Made by a program: the position numbers and the translations under genes. DNA of 64,000 nt from assembly GCA_944392315.1 (NCBI GenBank), contig CALXWH010000023.1, forward strand, positions 5,991-69,990, read 5' to 3'. This stretch comes from an uncultured Alphaproteobacteria bacterium (GTDB taxonomy: Bacteria; Pseudomonadota; Alphaproteobacteria; RF32; CAG-239). A model generated the notes under the pieces. That model saw nothing but the letters and a program-made list of their open reading frames with translations. It searched no databases and was not told where the DNA came from. Numbering within the stretch: position 1 is the first letter of the stretch; each line of letters starts with the position of its first letter. Shown here piece by piece: positions 8,263 to 18,886 of the stretch.

Positions 8263-9870
8263 ATGATTTGGCGGAAATATTTGTTTCTTTTATTGATTGG
8301 AATCAATTTTCTTTTGCTTTTTGCTTTAATGCAGCAGAAACAAGTTATACATGTTGATGAAATATTTTCGTTTGCTCACGCTAATAGCTCTACTTATCCT
8401 TTTTTAGTGCAAGGTATTGATTCTTATTTTACTCATATTAATGATAAAATTTATAATCGCTGGTGGAATGGGAAATTGTTTCATGATTATCTGACGGTGC
8501 AACCTGATGAGATGTTTCAGTATGATTTTATTTGGAAAAATATGGGTGATGATGTGCATCCGCCTCTTTATTTTGTTTTGTTACATACTTTATGCTCTTT
8601 TTTTCCTGATAGTTTTAGCTTATGGTATGGTTTTGGTCTCAATTTGTTAATTTGGGGATGTTTGCTATTGGCATTGTATCGCTTGGCGAAACTCTTTCTG
8701 CCTTCGGAGCTTTTGGGGCAAGCAACGGTGTTGCTATTTGCTTTCTCTCTATGCGGATTGAGCTCCGTTGTCTTTATACGTATGTATTTGCTGCAGACGC
8801 TGTTGGCCGTGTTGCTTATGTATTATACTTGTAAAATGATTCAAAATAATATGGCGTCTTATGGCGATTTAGCTAAAATATGTATCTTCTCTTTCTTGGG
8901 GATTTTTACGCATTATAGCTCAATTGTTTTTTCGTTTATTTTGGCTGCTTGTTCATGTTCGCTGCTGCTGTGGCGGAAAAATTATGCTCTGCTCTGGCGA
9001 TATGCTCTGATGATGCTCTGTAGTGTGGCAATGTTGTTTTTATTTTTTCCTGATGCTTGGTATGCGTTGTTTTTTTCGTATAGAGGGATGCAAGCTCAAA
9101 AGTTTGGCGGAATTTTCTTTTCTGATTACGTCTTGATTAAATTAGATTTATTAATTTATCGCTTTATTGATGTTTGGGGAACTAAATTATTGAGCTTTTC
9201 TGAAGTCAATATGACGGTGATTTTTATTGGGCTTTGTTTGCTTGTTGCTTGTTTTTGGTGGGCTAAAGAAAAATTCCAAACAATTTTTTATGTGCTGCTG
9301 TTTTCTGTTTTGTTTTTTGGACTATATGTAGTACTGTTAATGCCTGCTATGGGGCCTTTTGATTTGCGGTATTTCTTTTTAATAACTCCTTTTATGGCTA
9401 TTATTTCTGTTTGTGTTATTTATAAGCTTGGTTTGGTGTTCTTATTGCCTAAAAAGGTTTTTTACTCACTATTGGCTATTTTGCTTGTCTTAAATTCTTT
9501 TTATGCAAAACCTTTTCAAAAAGGTGTGTTTAATGTTGCTTACACACAGTCTGAAAGTAATGCTTTGAAGCAGTTGCAGGGGAAAAAAATAGCGGTGTTA
9601 GGTATAAAAGAAAAACTATTAACTTTCCGTTTTTTACCGTTTATTTATCAGGTGAATAAAATCTATTTTACAGAGAAATATTGCTCTACCGATGTTTGGA
9701 AAAATGTAGATTTGGTGTTTGTTTATTATTATACGGTGGAGAATAGTGGTCCTCGCGGAAATGTAGATAAATTGCCGCTATGTAAAGATCAAGAGCATCA
9801 TTTACGTTTTATTTCAGAAGTTAATATTGGTTGGACTTATCTAGATTTATATGAGGTGATTAAAAATTAA
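8263..9870 (+). CDS. Polytopic GT-C type glycosyltransferase (ArnT/PMT family-like)
   Basis: About 12 predicted TM segments. An early-loop DE motif (HVDEIFSF) and HPPLYF are typical of ArnT/PMT_2-type lipid-linked sugar transferases. The start (8257 GTG or 8263 ATG) is uncertain. Confidence 0.55.
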   Translation: MIWRKYLFLLLIGINFLLLFALMQQKQVIHVDEIFSFAHANSSTYPFLVQGIDSYFTHINDKIYNRWWNGKLFHDYLTVQPDEMFQYDFIWKNMGDDVHPPLYFVLLHTLCSFFPDSFSLWYGFGLNLLIWGCLLLALYRLAKLFLPSELLGQATVLLFAFSLCGLSSVVFIRMYLLQTLLAVLLMYYTCKMIQNNMASYGDLAKICIFSFLGIFTHYSSIVFSFILAACSCSLLLWRKNYALLWRYALMMLCSVAMLFLFFPDAWYALFFSYRGMQAQKFGGIFFSDYVLIKLDLLIYRFIDVWGTKLLSFSEVNMTVIFIGLCLLVACFWWAKEKFQTIFYVLLFSVLFFGLYVVLLMPAMGPFDLRYFFLITPFMAIISVCVIYKLGLVFLLPKKVFYSLLAILLVLNSFYAKPFQKGVFNVAYTQSESNALKQLQGKKIAVLGIKEKLLTFRFLPFIYQVNKIYFTEKYCSTDVWKNVDLVFVYYYTVENSGPRGNVDKLPLCKDQEHHLRFISEVNIGWTYLDLYEVIKN

Positions 9871-9878
9871 TTTCTATT

Positions 9879-9915
9879 AAAAAAAAGCGAGAGACTGGCT
9901 TCTCTCGCTTTTTTA
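9879..9915. terminator. Bidirectional rho-independent terminator between the convergent GT-C gene and gltX
   Basis: 9-bp stem AGCGAGAGA/TCTCTCGCT (9886-9894 with 9901-9909), with an A-run upstream and a T-run downstream. Confidence 0.8.
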
Positions 9916-9926
9916 TTCTTGCTTCT

Positions 9927-11351
9927 TTAAATTGCTTGTTTGATACGGCGCAAAGTTTCTTCTTTGCCCAATACCGCGGCAATCTCGCTTGCACCGCCCG
10001 GTGTGGTTTCCAAGCCGGTTAAGGCGATACGTACCGGATACAAAACTTGGCCGTTTTTCAATCCGTTTTCTGCGGCAACCGCCTTTAAGCATTCAAACAG
10101 ACCTTCGTTGCTCCAGTTTTCCAACTTTTCTAAGGCTGGTTCTGCCAAGGCTAAAGATTTTTTGGCAATCTCAACATCGGTTTTCATCTTTTTGTTGATA
10201 TAGAGCTCATCGCTGAATTGCGGCAAGGTTTCTATAAAGCCGGCGATTTCTTCTATATCTTTTAACGTTTCTATTCTCGGTTGCAAAACTTTGGATAATT
10301 CCTCAGCGTTAATCTTGCGCGTGATGAATTTTGCATATTCCTTTTCGGCCAACTTATGAAATTCTTCAAACGGCAAAGCTCTGATGTAGCATCCGTTCAT
10401 CCAACGCAATTTCGTTATGTCAAAAATGGCAGGTGATTTGTTGATACGATTTGCATCAAAGATTTTTTCCAACTCTTCAAGTGAGAAGATTTCTTGCTCC
10501 GTTCCCGGGTTCCAGCCGAGCAGGGCGATGTAATTCAAAATAGCCATCGGCAAAAAGCCTTTATCTACCAAATCTTGGAACGAGGCATCACCGTTTCTTT
10601 TAGAGAGCTTATGTTGCGCATCTTTCATCACTTGGGCAACGTGTACATATATCGGCGGGGTCCACCCGAAAGTCTCATATATCAAATTATATTTCGGAGT
10701 TGATGAAATATATTCGTTACCTCTGACGACATGGGTGATGTTCATCAAGTGGTCGTCTATGACGTTCGCAAAGTTATAGGTCGGGAAACCGTCGGATTTT
10801 AACAATACGCCTTCATCCAGCTCGTCATAGTCAATCTCAATATCGCCATATACAACGTCATGGAAGGTTGCTTTGCCTTTTTTATTGATGTTTTGGCGGA
10901 CAACATACGGTTCACCGTTGGCAATTCTTGCTTTGGCTTCTGCCAAGGGGATATTTTTGCAGGGGTCTTTGAACTTGATGTTCATTTCTTCATCTTTTTG
11001 TTCATCGGCTTCATCTTTGCTGCAGAAGCAATAATGCGCACCGCCCAATTCTACCAATTTATGGGCATATTCTTGATACAAGGGTAATCTTTCGGACTGA
11101 ATATACGGCCCATATTCTCCCCCGATATCCGGACCTTCATCCCAATTCATCCCAACGGTTTTTAAGGTGTTGTAAATGATTTCCGTTGCGCCTTCTACAT
11201 AGCGTTTTTGGTCGGTGTCTTCAATGCGCAAAATGAAACTGCCGCCTGATGATTTGGCGATAAGGTATTCATATAACGCGGTTCTTAAGTTGCCGATATG
11301 CATATATCCTGTCGGACTGGGCGCAAAACGTGTTCTTGCTTTCATGTCCAT
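9927..11351 (-). CDS. gltX: Glutamyl-tRNA synthetase
   Basis: RFAPSPTGYMHIGNLRTALYEY (HIGH motif), the KLSKR (KMSKS) motif and full length of 474 aa. Confidence 0.95.
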   Translation of the reverse strand: MDMKARTRFAPSPTGYMHIGNLRTALYEYLIAKSSGGSFILRIEDTDQKRYVEGATEIIYNTLKTVGMNWDEGPDIGGEYGPYIQSERLPLYQEYAHKLVELGGAHYCFCSKDEADEQKDEEMNIKFKDPCKNIPLAEAKARIANGEPYVVRQNINKKGKATFHDVVYGDIEIDYDELDEGVLLKSDGFPTYNFANVIDDHLMNITHVVRGNEYISSTPKYNLIYETFGWTPPIYVHVAQVMKDAQHKLSKRNGDASFQDLVDKGFLPMAILNYIALLGWNPGTEQEIFSLEELEKIFDANRINKSPAIFDITKLRWMNGCYIRALPFEEFHKLAEKEYAKFITRKINAEELSKVLQPRIETLKDIEEIAGFIETLPQFSDELYINKKMKTDVEIAKKSLALAEPALEKLENWSNEGLFECLKAVAAENGLKNGQVLYPVRIALTGLETTPGGASEIAAVLGKEETLRRIKQAI

Positions 11352-11478
11352 AAATCTCCTTTTTGATTAACTTTATTCGCTTTAGTCTTATTTGATTTAG
11401 TCTTTAACCTAAGCGCTTTATAAAATCAAGCGCTTTTTATCCGATGAGCATAATTCTTGGGCTTATGTACGGCTTTTT

Positions 11479-12303
11479 TTATAACAAGGCTAAGACCAGA
11501 TATAATAGGCCGATGGTGCCGATGAATAAGAAATAAACACAGCTTAAATTTAAGGCTTTTTCTTCGTGTTCTTCATCGGTGTATTTCGGTTCGCCGTAAT
11601 TGTTCTTTATTTTATCACCGCGGTAAAACATGGTCATTATCAAAAATTTTAAGCCGTAAAAACCTACGCCATACAAGATAACAATGAAGCAGATGCTTAA
11701 AAACATTGCTATATAGGCAAAGTCCGTGTTGGCCAAAGAGGTGATGGCTATGTTTATCATACTTAAAACGACAACGCCCATAAATACCGGTTCCAAATAA
11801 TTATGCCAGGCTAGTCTATTTAAATCATGCATACGGCGGATGAGCATGGAACCCAACGGGAAGAGCGGAACAATCATCACAATATAAAACAGGATTTCGG
11901 CAACGATAATGTAGTTTTCTATTTTATCTATCGTAAAGCCCATGTTGTTGGCTTCACGTAAAAAGCGCGGGGATAATATATAACTGCATTTGAGCTGGAT
12001 GGCTATCATCAAAAGGCTGTTGAACAGCATAAAAGTCCAGAGTTCAAAACGCGAAGAACGGCCTCTTAAAACAAAGGTCTTTTTCCAACCTTCAAACCAT
12101 ATCTTAAACAGATTATCGGGCGATAAAACGCTTTTTTGCGGCGTTGTTTTTGGCGTTTCAGGCGTTAATGCGGCGTCTGTTGTTTGTGGAGCGGCTTTTT
12201 TTGATTTTTGCTCTTTTGGAGCCGTTTTTGTCTGGGGTTGTTTATTTTTAGCGGTTGATTTATTTGTTTTTGCCGTTTTTGTGGTTTGGGGTGTTTTGGC
12301 CAT
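11479..12303 (-). CDS. DUF805 inner-membrane protein with a long K/T/P/Q-rich N-terminal extension
   Basis: The core GRSSRFELWTFMLFN plus 4-5 TM helices matches DUF805 (YhaH/YhaI-like). The first ~60 residues are low complexity (KTAKTNKSTAKNKQPQTKTAPKEQKSKK...). Confidence 0.7.
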   Translation of the reverse strand: MAKTPQTTKTAKTNKSTAKNKQPQTKTAPKEQKSKKAAPQTTDAALTPETPKTTPQKSVLSPDNLFKIWFEGWKKTFVLRGRSSRFELWTFMLFNSLLMIAIQLKCSYILSPRFLREANNMGFTIDKIENYIIVAEILFYIVMIVPLFPLGSMLIRRMHDLNRLAWHNYLEPVFMGVVVLSMINIAITSLANTDFAYIAMFLSICFIVILYGVGFYGLKFLIMTMFYRGDKIKNNYGEPKYTDEEHEEKALNLSCVYFLFIGTIGLLYLVLALL

Positions 12304-12478
12304 TCTATCCTCCGTTGCTATTATCTCATTTTAGCATAATTTATCTCTGTTAATTTTTCGTAAAAATATTTCATTTATGGGGCGGTAAAAAATACTTGCA
12401 AAAAGAACAAAAGTAGTCTATCTAATCTCTTCGGTATAAAAATTTCAGCTTTTTTTGAGTGTTGCGGAGGCACAGATT

Positions 12479-15295
12479 ATGGCGGAGAGTAAATTTATTG
12501 AGATTAAAGGGGCGAGGGAACATAATCTTAAAAATGTCAATATTTCTATCCCTAAAAATCAGTTGACCGTGATTACGGGACTTTCCGGCTCCGGAAAATC
12601 TTCGCTCGCATTTGATACGATTTATGCTGAAGGTCAGCGCCGCTATGTGGAGAGCCTTTCGGCTTATGCCAGACAGTTTTTGGATTTGATGAAAAAGCCT
12701 GAGGTAGACTCTATTGAAGGGTTGGCGCCGGCAATTTCTATTGAGCAAAAAACAACTTCTCATAATCCACGTTCTACCGTGGGCACCATCACCGAAATTT
12801 ATGACTATATGCGGCTGTTGTGGGCGCGTGCCGGTACACCTTACTCTCCGGCGACGGGGCTTCCGATTGAGGCGCAAACCGTTTCACAGATGGTGGATAA
12901 AATTTTGGCTCTGCCGGTTGGAACGAAAGTGATGTTGGTGGCTCCGATGGTGCGTCAACGCAAAGGCGAATTTAAAAAAGAGTTGGAAGGTCTTTTGAAA
13001 CAGGGATTTCAACGTGTTAAAATTGATGGCGAAGTCTATGATTTGGAAGAAGTGCCGGCACTTGAAAAAAATATTAAGCACGATATTGAAGTGGTTGTTG
13101 ACCGTTTGGTGATTAAAGATGAAGATATGAGCGAACGGGTGGCGCAATCTGTGGAAACGGCGCTCAAAATCGGCGACGGCATTCTTTATGTGGATAATCT
13201 TTCAGAAAATAATCGGTTTACGTGTTCGGCAAAATATGCTTGTCCGGTTTCGGGCTTCACGATTGAAGAAATTGAACCGCGGCTCTTTTCTTTTAACAAT
13301 CCGCAAGGTGCTTGTCCGCATTGTGATGGTTTGGGCGCGCGGCTTTATATGGATGAAAAACTCGTTATTCCGAATGTCAATCGTTCTATCGCACAAGGGG
13401 CGATTGCGCCGTGGTATGGGTTTAAGTCCGCTTTTTATAAACAAACATTGGTTTCGCTTTGCGACTTCTTGCATATCTCGCAAGATACACCGTGGAAAGA
13501 TTTGCCTGAAGAAGCCCGTCATATTATTCTTTATGGGTCGGGGAACGTTTGTGTGCCGCTTTATTATTCCACGTTTGTTTCCGATAAGCCGTTTGAAGGG
13601 GTTATTCCGAATATGGAACGGCGTTTCTTGGAAACGGATTCCGCGGCTTCTCGTGAGGAACTTTCGCATTATCAATCCGCAGCGCCTTGTACCTATTGCA
13701 ACGGCAAAAGATTGAAGCCGGAAGCGCTTGCCGTTAAGGTTTGCGGAAAAGATATTATGGAGGTTTCGGATTTATCCATTAAAGAGGCGCTGAAATGGTT
13801 TTCTCAGGTGGAAGAACAGCTTTCGCCGCAAAAGCAGCAAATCGCGCATAAAATCTTAAAGGAAATTATTGACCGCTTGCAATTCTTAAATAACGTCGGG
13901 TTGGATTATCTGACACTCTCTCGGCAATCCGGCGGGCTATCGGGCGGTGAATCACAGCGTATTCGTTTGGCCTCACAAATCGGTTCGGGCTTAACCGGCG
14001 TGCTTTATGTTTTGGATGAGCCGTCCATCGGTTTGCATCAGCGTGATAACGACAAATTGCTTGAGACGCTCAATCGGTTGCGCGATATCGGCAATACCGT
14101 GATTGTGGTGGAACATGACGAAGACGCTATTCGTTCGGCCGACTATTTGATTGATATGGGGCCGGGGGCAGGCGAGCTCGGTGGAAATGTTGTCGCGGCC
14201 GGTACGGTTGATGAAGTGCTTGCTAATAAAAACAGCCTCACCGCGCAATACTTAAACGGGCAAAAAGAAATTTCCGTTCCTCGCAGACGGCGGAAAGGTA
14301 ATGGTAAATTTTTGGAATTAACCGGCGCAAAAACGCATAACCTTAAAAACGTTAAGCTCAAAATTCCGTTGGGAACATTGACGCTTGTGACCGGTGTTTC
14401 CGGCGGCGGTAAATCTTCGCTTATCTTAGAAACACTCTATAAAGCCCTTAATAAAGAGCTTAATGCTTCGCGTGAGCCGACGGGGGTTTATGACAAACTT
14501 ATCGGGCTTGAAAATATTGATAAGGTGATTGATATTGACCAATCGCCAATCGGGCGGACACCACGTTCTAATCCGGCGACTTATACGGGCTTGTTTACGT
14601 ATATCAGGGATTGGTTTGCCGAATTGCCGCTTTCTAAAGCGCGCGGTTATCAGGCGGGGCGGTTTTCGTTTAACGTGGCCGGCGGACGTTGTGAAGCGTG
14701 CAAAGGAGACGGCGTTACTAAGATTGAGATGAACTTCTTACCCGATGTGTATGTGGAATGTGAACAATGTCACGGCAAACGCTTTAACCGCGAAACGCTG
14801 GAGGTTACCTATAAAGGGAAATCTATTGCCGATGTTTTGGATATGACGGTTGATGATGCGCATGACTTCTTTAGCAATATTCCTTCTATCGCTTCAAGGC
14901 TTGAGTTATTACAAAAAGTTGGTTTGGGGTATATTCGTTTGGGACAATCGGCCACCACGCTTTCCGGCGGTGAGGCGCAACGTATTAAACTCTCCAAAGA
15001 GCTCTCTAAGCGGGCGACCGGCAAGACGATTTATATTTTGGATGAGCCGACGACCGGTTTGCATTTTGAAGACATCAATAAACTTTTGAAAGTGTTGCAA
15101 GCTCTGGTTGACCAAGGGAACACCGTGGTCGTGATTGAGCACAACCTTGATGTGATTAAAGTGGCGGACTACATTATTGATATGGGGCCTGAAGGCGGTG
15201 ATGGCGGCGGACGAATTGTTGCCGAGGGTACTCCTGAAGAGATTGTTAAAAAAGCCAAAGGATATACCTATAAATATCTGAAAGATAAACTTTAA
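12479..15295 (+). CDS. uvrA: Excinuclease ABC subunit A
   Basis: Two ABC ATPase modules (GLSGSGKSS and GVSGGGKSS Walker A; LSGGE signatures) and zinc-finger cysteines ([14 protein letters not shown]). ATG 12479 has GGAGG 8 nt upstream; the track start at 12455 is a TTG. Confidence 0.95.
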   Translation: MAESKFIEIKGAREHNLKNVNISIPKNQLTVITGLSGSGKSSLAFDTIYAEGQRRYVESLSAYARQFLDLMKKPEVDSIEGLAPAISIEQKTTSHNPRSTVGTITEIYDYMRLLWARAGTPYSPATGLPIEAQTVSQMVDKILALPVGTKVMLVAPMVRQRKGEFKKELEGLLKQGFQRVKIDGEVYDLEEVPALEKNIKHDIEVVVDRLVIKDEDMSERVAQSVETALKIGDGILYVDNLSENNRFTCSAKYACPVSGFTIEEIEPRLFSFNNPQGACPHCDGLGARLYMDEKLVIPNVNRSIAQGAIAPWYGFKSAFYKQTLVSLCDFLHISQDTPWKDLPEEARHIILYGSGNVCVPLYYSTFVSDKPFEGVIPNMERRFLETDSAASREELSHYQSAAPCTYCNGKRLKPEALAVKVCGKDIMEVSDLSIKEALKWFSQVEEQLSPQKQQIAHKILKEIIDRLQFLNNVGLDYLTLSRQSGGLSGGESQRIRLASQIGSGLTGVLYVLDEPSIGLHQRDNDKLLETLNRLRDIGNTVIVVEHDEDAIRSADYLIDMGPGAGELGGNVVAAGTVDEVLANKNSLTAQYLNGQKEISVPRRRRKGNGKFLELTGAKTHNLKNVKLKIPLGTLTLVTGVSGGGKSSLILETLYKALNKELNASREPTGVYDKLIGLENIDKVIDIDQSPIGRTPRSNPATYTGLFTYIRDWFAELPLSKARGYQAGRFSFNVAGGRCEACKGDGVTKIEMNFLPDVYVECEQCHGKRFNRETLEVTYKGKSIADVLDMTVDDAHDFFSNIPSIASRLELLQKVGLGYIRLGQSATTLSGGEAQRIKLSKELSKRATGKTIYILDEPTTGLHFEDINKLLKVLQALVDQGNTVVVIEHNLDVIKVADYIIDMGPEGGDGGGRIVAEGTPEEIVKKAKGYTYKYLKDKL

Positions 15296-15438
15296 ATTCG
15301 GGCGTCGTGTTACGCGCGTTTGAGCTTTATCACTCTTGAAAAAAAGCTAAGTGACTAAGGCTTGATGTCTTGAGTATCTTTTGGTTGCGGAATTTATAAA
15401 ATTATGTTATTCTTGCATAAATTGGTTAAGTTTCGGAA

Positions 15439-15640
15439 CGTAAATGTTTGTTGATATTCAAAATTTTAAATCGGCGATAGCCGTTGAAAATATCTTAACC
15501 CCCTATAAAAAGGGGCGCTTGAGTGATGACAAAAAGCAGCGTCTTCCCAGAGAGCCGATTACGTCTGATGTGTGTTTTGAGGTTTTGAAATCCACCAACT
15601 ATGCGCGCAATATTAAAGATATGCTCTTATGTATTAAAGA
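15439..15640 (+). repeat. Direct repeat copy A (start region of the LRR-like paralog family)
   Basis: Near-identical at the DNA level to 18685-18886, including 5 nt upstream of the ATG (cgtaaATGTTTGTTGATATTCA...). Confidence 0.85.
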
Positions 15641-16526
15641 TTTGCCTCTTTCCGAGCAAGCTCAGTTTAAAGATGTTGTCTTGGCTTGTTTTGACAGACG
15701 TGAGCAGCCGCAGGTTATTATTGATTTAGGTGATGCTTTGGCGGAAAATTCCGGTTATGAAAAAGAATTTTCTCAAATGCAAAAATTATGTGAAGGGGAA
15801 TTTCTGCTTTCTTCTTCGCAAATCTCTTGGGGATTGATGACGGCTAGTTATAAGATGCCACAACAAGATTTAAAAAAATATCAAAAACTTATTTGCTTAC
15901 ATGAAGATGGCGTATCTCTGGCTTTGATAAAAAATTTGCCTCCTTTTATTGATGTTTCTCATTGTTCAAATGTGGAAATGTATCGTTGCGATTTAGCGCA
16001 CTTGCGGGAGCTTAGACTTAAAGAAGGGATGGATCTTAACTTAAATGATGTTCGGAATATACCTGAATTTCTTGATGTTTCTTGTTGTGCGGCGGTTGAT
16101 TTGGGAAATGTTGATTTGACACCGCTTAAACGGCTTAATTTTCGTAAAGGGGCGGAGGTTGTTTTGGAAAATGCCGAGAATTTACCAAAAAATCTTGACT
16201 TTTCTCATTGCTCGTTGGTTAATCTTAATTATTGTGACTTAAGTGATGTTAAAAATCTGAAGTTTGCTCGTGGTGCTGACGTTTATTTAGACGGTGCATA
16301 TAACTATTGCGGTGATTTGAATTTTACTGATTGCGGCGAACTCAGTTTGTATGAATTTGATTTGGAAAATGTCGGATGTTTGCGCTTTAAAAATCAAAAA
16401 CAACTTGATGAAAGTGGTCTTCAGATATCCGATGATTGGCAAGGTGGGCTTATTTTTGCTGAAGGATATCCACGGGCTGATTTGACCAATATGGCTTTTA
16501 TGGCGAAAACAAAAGGCGGACGATAA
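15444..16526 (+). CDS. Cys-containing leucine-rich-repeat-like protein, paralog 1 (candidate secreted effector)
   Basis: 360 aa. The central ~44-aa units have the form LPxxLD(V/F)SxCxxVxLxxCDLxxVKxLxFxKGAEVxL. The conserved N-terminus (MFVDIQNFKSAIAVENIL...) and C-terminus (FKNQKQLDESGLQISDDWQG) are shared with 18690-20132. Confidence 0.7.
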   Translation: MFVDIQNFKSAIAVENILTPYKKGRLSDDKKQRLPREPITSDVCFEVLKSTNYARNIKDMLLCIKDLPLSEQAQFKDVVLACFDRREQPQVIIDLGDALAENSGYEKEFSQMQKLCEGEFLLSSSQISWGLMTASYKMPQQDLKKYQKLICLHEDGVSLALIKNLPPFIDVSHCSNVEMYRCDLAHLRELRLKEGMDLNLNDVRNIPEFLDVSCCAAVDLGNVDLTPLKRLNFRKGAEVVLENAENLPKNLDFSHCSLVNLNYCDLSDVKNLKFARGADVYLDGAYNYCGDLNFTDCGELSLYEFDLENVGCLRFKNQKQLDESGLQISDDWQGGLIFAEGYPRADLTNMAFMAKTKGGR

Positions 16527-16581
16527 TTTTTTGACTTTTAATCGGGTTTTGGGGTAGGTCTTGCTCTTGCTATGTTTGGGA

Positions 16582-17340
16582 TTATTCTTCCATATACCAA
16601 TATCGCTTTTTTCTTGCCGTTTCATAAGCCTTTGCAGTTGCTCTTAAATATAGCTGATATTTTTCTTGATTTTGAACGGTGAAATCTTTGGGGTAGGGAT
16701 TATCCAACAGCTCTTGTAAATCGTTGTTAATGAGGACTTCTTCGGGGAGAAAATGACGGCAAAAAGCATATCTTGCCGCTGTCAAATCGCTCGTGTCATA
16801 ACCGATGGTTTGCAATAGTTCTTCTTCGCTGCCTTTGGGCGATGTTTGTTTGAAATCTGGCCAAACGCCGTAACCGTTACGGTATAACTTATACCACGGA
16901 AAACCGCATCCGGGGTCAATCTTGCGCGTGGGGGCAATATCTGAATGGCCTAAAACATTTTCGGGGCGGATGTTATAGACTTTGCTTAATTCTTTTAGCA
17001 CGCGCGTCAGGGCACTACGTAAACTTCGCGGATAATCTTCTGTGGTTTGTCCTAAATGAGGCGCTTCCAACTCTATACCTATGCTCGTTTCATTTAAGGA
17101 TTTTTCCGGACTTTGCAGCCAATGGCTTTCTCCGCTATGATAAGCAACACGTTCAGGGGGGCAATTTTCCGTCACTCTTCCGGTTTGAGAAATTATGTAA
17201 TGCGTGCTTAGTTTATATTCGTTTAAAATCTCTATCTGCTTTTCGGGGGAGAATTTGGAACAGTGGATGATGATGTAACGGATGGGTTGGGTGCGGTTAC
17301 GATAATTCGGGCTGTGATTGATGATTCTTCTAAAGCTCAT
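16582..17340 (-). CDS. N-acetylmuramoyl-L-alanine amidase, amidase_2/AmpD type
   Basis: IIIHCSKFS...VAYHSGESHW...ETSIGIELEAP...VLGHSDIAPTRKIDPG is the AmpD/PGRP zinc-amidase signature. Confidence 0.8.
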   Translation of the reverse strand: MSFRRIINHSPNYRNRTQPIRYIIIHCSKFSPEKQIEILNEYKLSTHYIISQTGRVTENCPPERVAYHSGESHWLQSPEKSLNETSIGIELEAPHLGQTTEDYPRSLRSALTRVLKELSKVYNIRPENVLGHSDIAPTRKIDPGCGFPWYKLYRNGYGVWPDFKQTSPKGSEEELLQTIGYDTSDLTAARYAFCRHFLPEEVLINNDLQELLDNPYPKDFTVQNQEKYQLYLRATAKAYETARKKRYWYMEE

Positions 17341-17455
17341 GGCGGTTCTCTCTTTTTAATTCATCTTATTATAAGCGGGGAGGTTTAAAAAAAACTTTAC
17401 AAACGGAAGTTTTTTGCTTATCTATGCTCTATGTTGTTTTTGAAGGAGATTTGTT

Positions 17456-18554
17456 ATGCGTGCCGAATTTTATAATTTATTGAACGAAATCAAAGCCAGT
17501 GCCGAGCTTTTGCGGAGGTCTCTTTGACTACGATAATGCTAAACAACGCCAAGAAGAGTTAAACGTCTTAACCGCTGATCCGAAACTTTGGGATAATCAA
17601 GAACAGGCCATGAAATTGACCGGCGAAAAAAATGTTTTGGATGAGAAAATTGCTTTTTTTGAAGATTTAATGGCGGATTTGCAAAACTCCGAAGAAATGG
17701 TGGAAATGGCTGAGGCTGATAATGATGAGGCAATGTTGGCGGATTTGTATCAGCATCTTGAAAATTTGAAGAGTGAGGCCAAAAGGCACGAGCTGGAGGC
17801 TTTGCTTTCCGGTGAAATGGACGCCAAAGACACTTATCTTGAGGTGCATGCCGGTTCCGGCGGGACGGAAGCGCAAGATTGGGCGGAGATGTTGCTTAGA
17901 ATGTACTCTCGGTGGGCGGAAAAACATCATTATAAATTGACATACGTGGAAGAAACCGAAGGCGAGGTCGCAGGGCTTAAATCCGCTACGATTAAAATTT
18001 CCGGTCATAACGCATACGGTTGGCTGAAAGGAGAGAGCGGCGTGCATCGTTTGGTACGTATTTCTCCTTTTGACAGCAATGCCAGACGTCATACCAGCTT
18101 TGCTTCTATCAGTGTTTATCCGGTGGTGGATGATTCTATTCACATTGAAATCAATCCGGCGGACTTGAAGATGGATACATATCGTTCTTCCGGTGCGGGG
18201 GGGCAACACATCAATAAAACCGAATCTGCCGTGCGGATTACCCACATTCCGAGCGGAGTGGTTGTTTCTTGCCAAACGGAGCGTTCGCAATTTGCAAACC
18301 GCGATCAGGCGATGAATATGTTAAAAGCTAAACTTTATGAAATTGAGTTGCGCAAAAAAGAAGCGGCGGCTGAGCAAAAGTGGGAAGATCAAGGCGATAA
18401 CGGTTGGGGATATCAAATTCGTTCATACGTTTTACAACCCTATAAGATGATTAAAGATTTGCGCACGGGAGCGGAAACTTCCGATGACAGAGGGGTTTTG
18501 GATGGCGATATTGATATGTTTTTATCGGCGTATCTTTCCCAAAAAGCCAGCTAA
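17456..18554 (+). CDS. prfB: Peptide chain release factor 2, expressed through a programmed +1 frameshift
   Basis: Frame 0 reads ATG 17456 ... MRAEFYNLLNEIKASAELLRRSL then TGA at 17525-17527. The +1 frame continues DYDNAKQRQEEL... through the SPF motif (RISPFDS) and GGQ (SGAGGQHINK) to 18554. The track ORF beginning at 17499 is the +1-frame part only. Confidence 0.95.
17513..17528 (+). promoter_or_regulatory. prfB autoregulatory +1 frameshift site (internal SD-like GGAGG, then CTT TGA C)
   Basis: CGGAGGTCTCTTTGAC has the same layout as the E. coli prfB site: an SD-like element a few nt upstream of the slippery CUU followed by UGA C. Confidence 0.9.
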
Positions 18555-18684
18555 TTTTTTTAAGAACTTTTTCGGTGACGGCGGTATGTCTATGGGCGTA
18601 TCGCTGTTTTTTTTATGGGGATTTTTTTGTTGCTTTAAAGGGGAAATTGTGTTACTTTTTTCCTAAATCGGTTGCATGAAAGCG

Positions 18685-18886
18685 CGTAAATGTTTGTTGA
18701 TATTCATGATTTTAAATCGGCGATTGCCGTTGAAAACATCTTAATTCCCTATAAAAAGGGGCGCTTGAGTGATGATAAAAAGCAGCGTCTTCCTAAAGAA
18801 AAGATTACGCCCGAGGTGTGTTTTGAGGTTTTGCAATCAACCAATTATGCGCGCAATATTAAAGATATGCTCCTCTGCATTGCGGA
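18685..18886 (+). repeat. Direct repeat copy B (start region of the LRR-like paralog family)
   Basis: See 15439-15640. Confidence 0.85.

Noticed and set aside
12304-12478. SOS (LexA) box upstream of uvrA
   Set aside because: I looked for the alphaproteobacterial GTTC-N7-GTTC (GAAC-N7-GAAC) and the E. coli-type CTGT-N8-ACAG motifs. Only a single GAAC half-site (…agaacaaaagtagtc…) is present.
12422-12877. 151-aa minus-strand ORF overlapping the uvrA start
   Set aside because: It is antisense to the highly conserved UvrA N-terminus and has an Arg-rich shadow-ORF composition.
17667-18290. 207-aa minus-strand ORF
   Set aside because: It is antisense to prfB, a shadow frame of a conserved gene.
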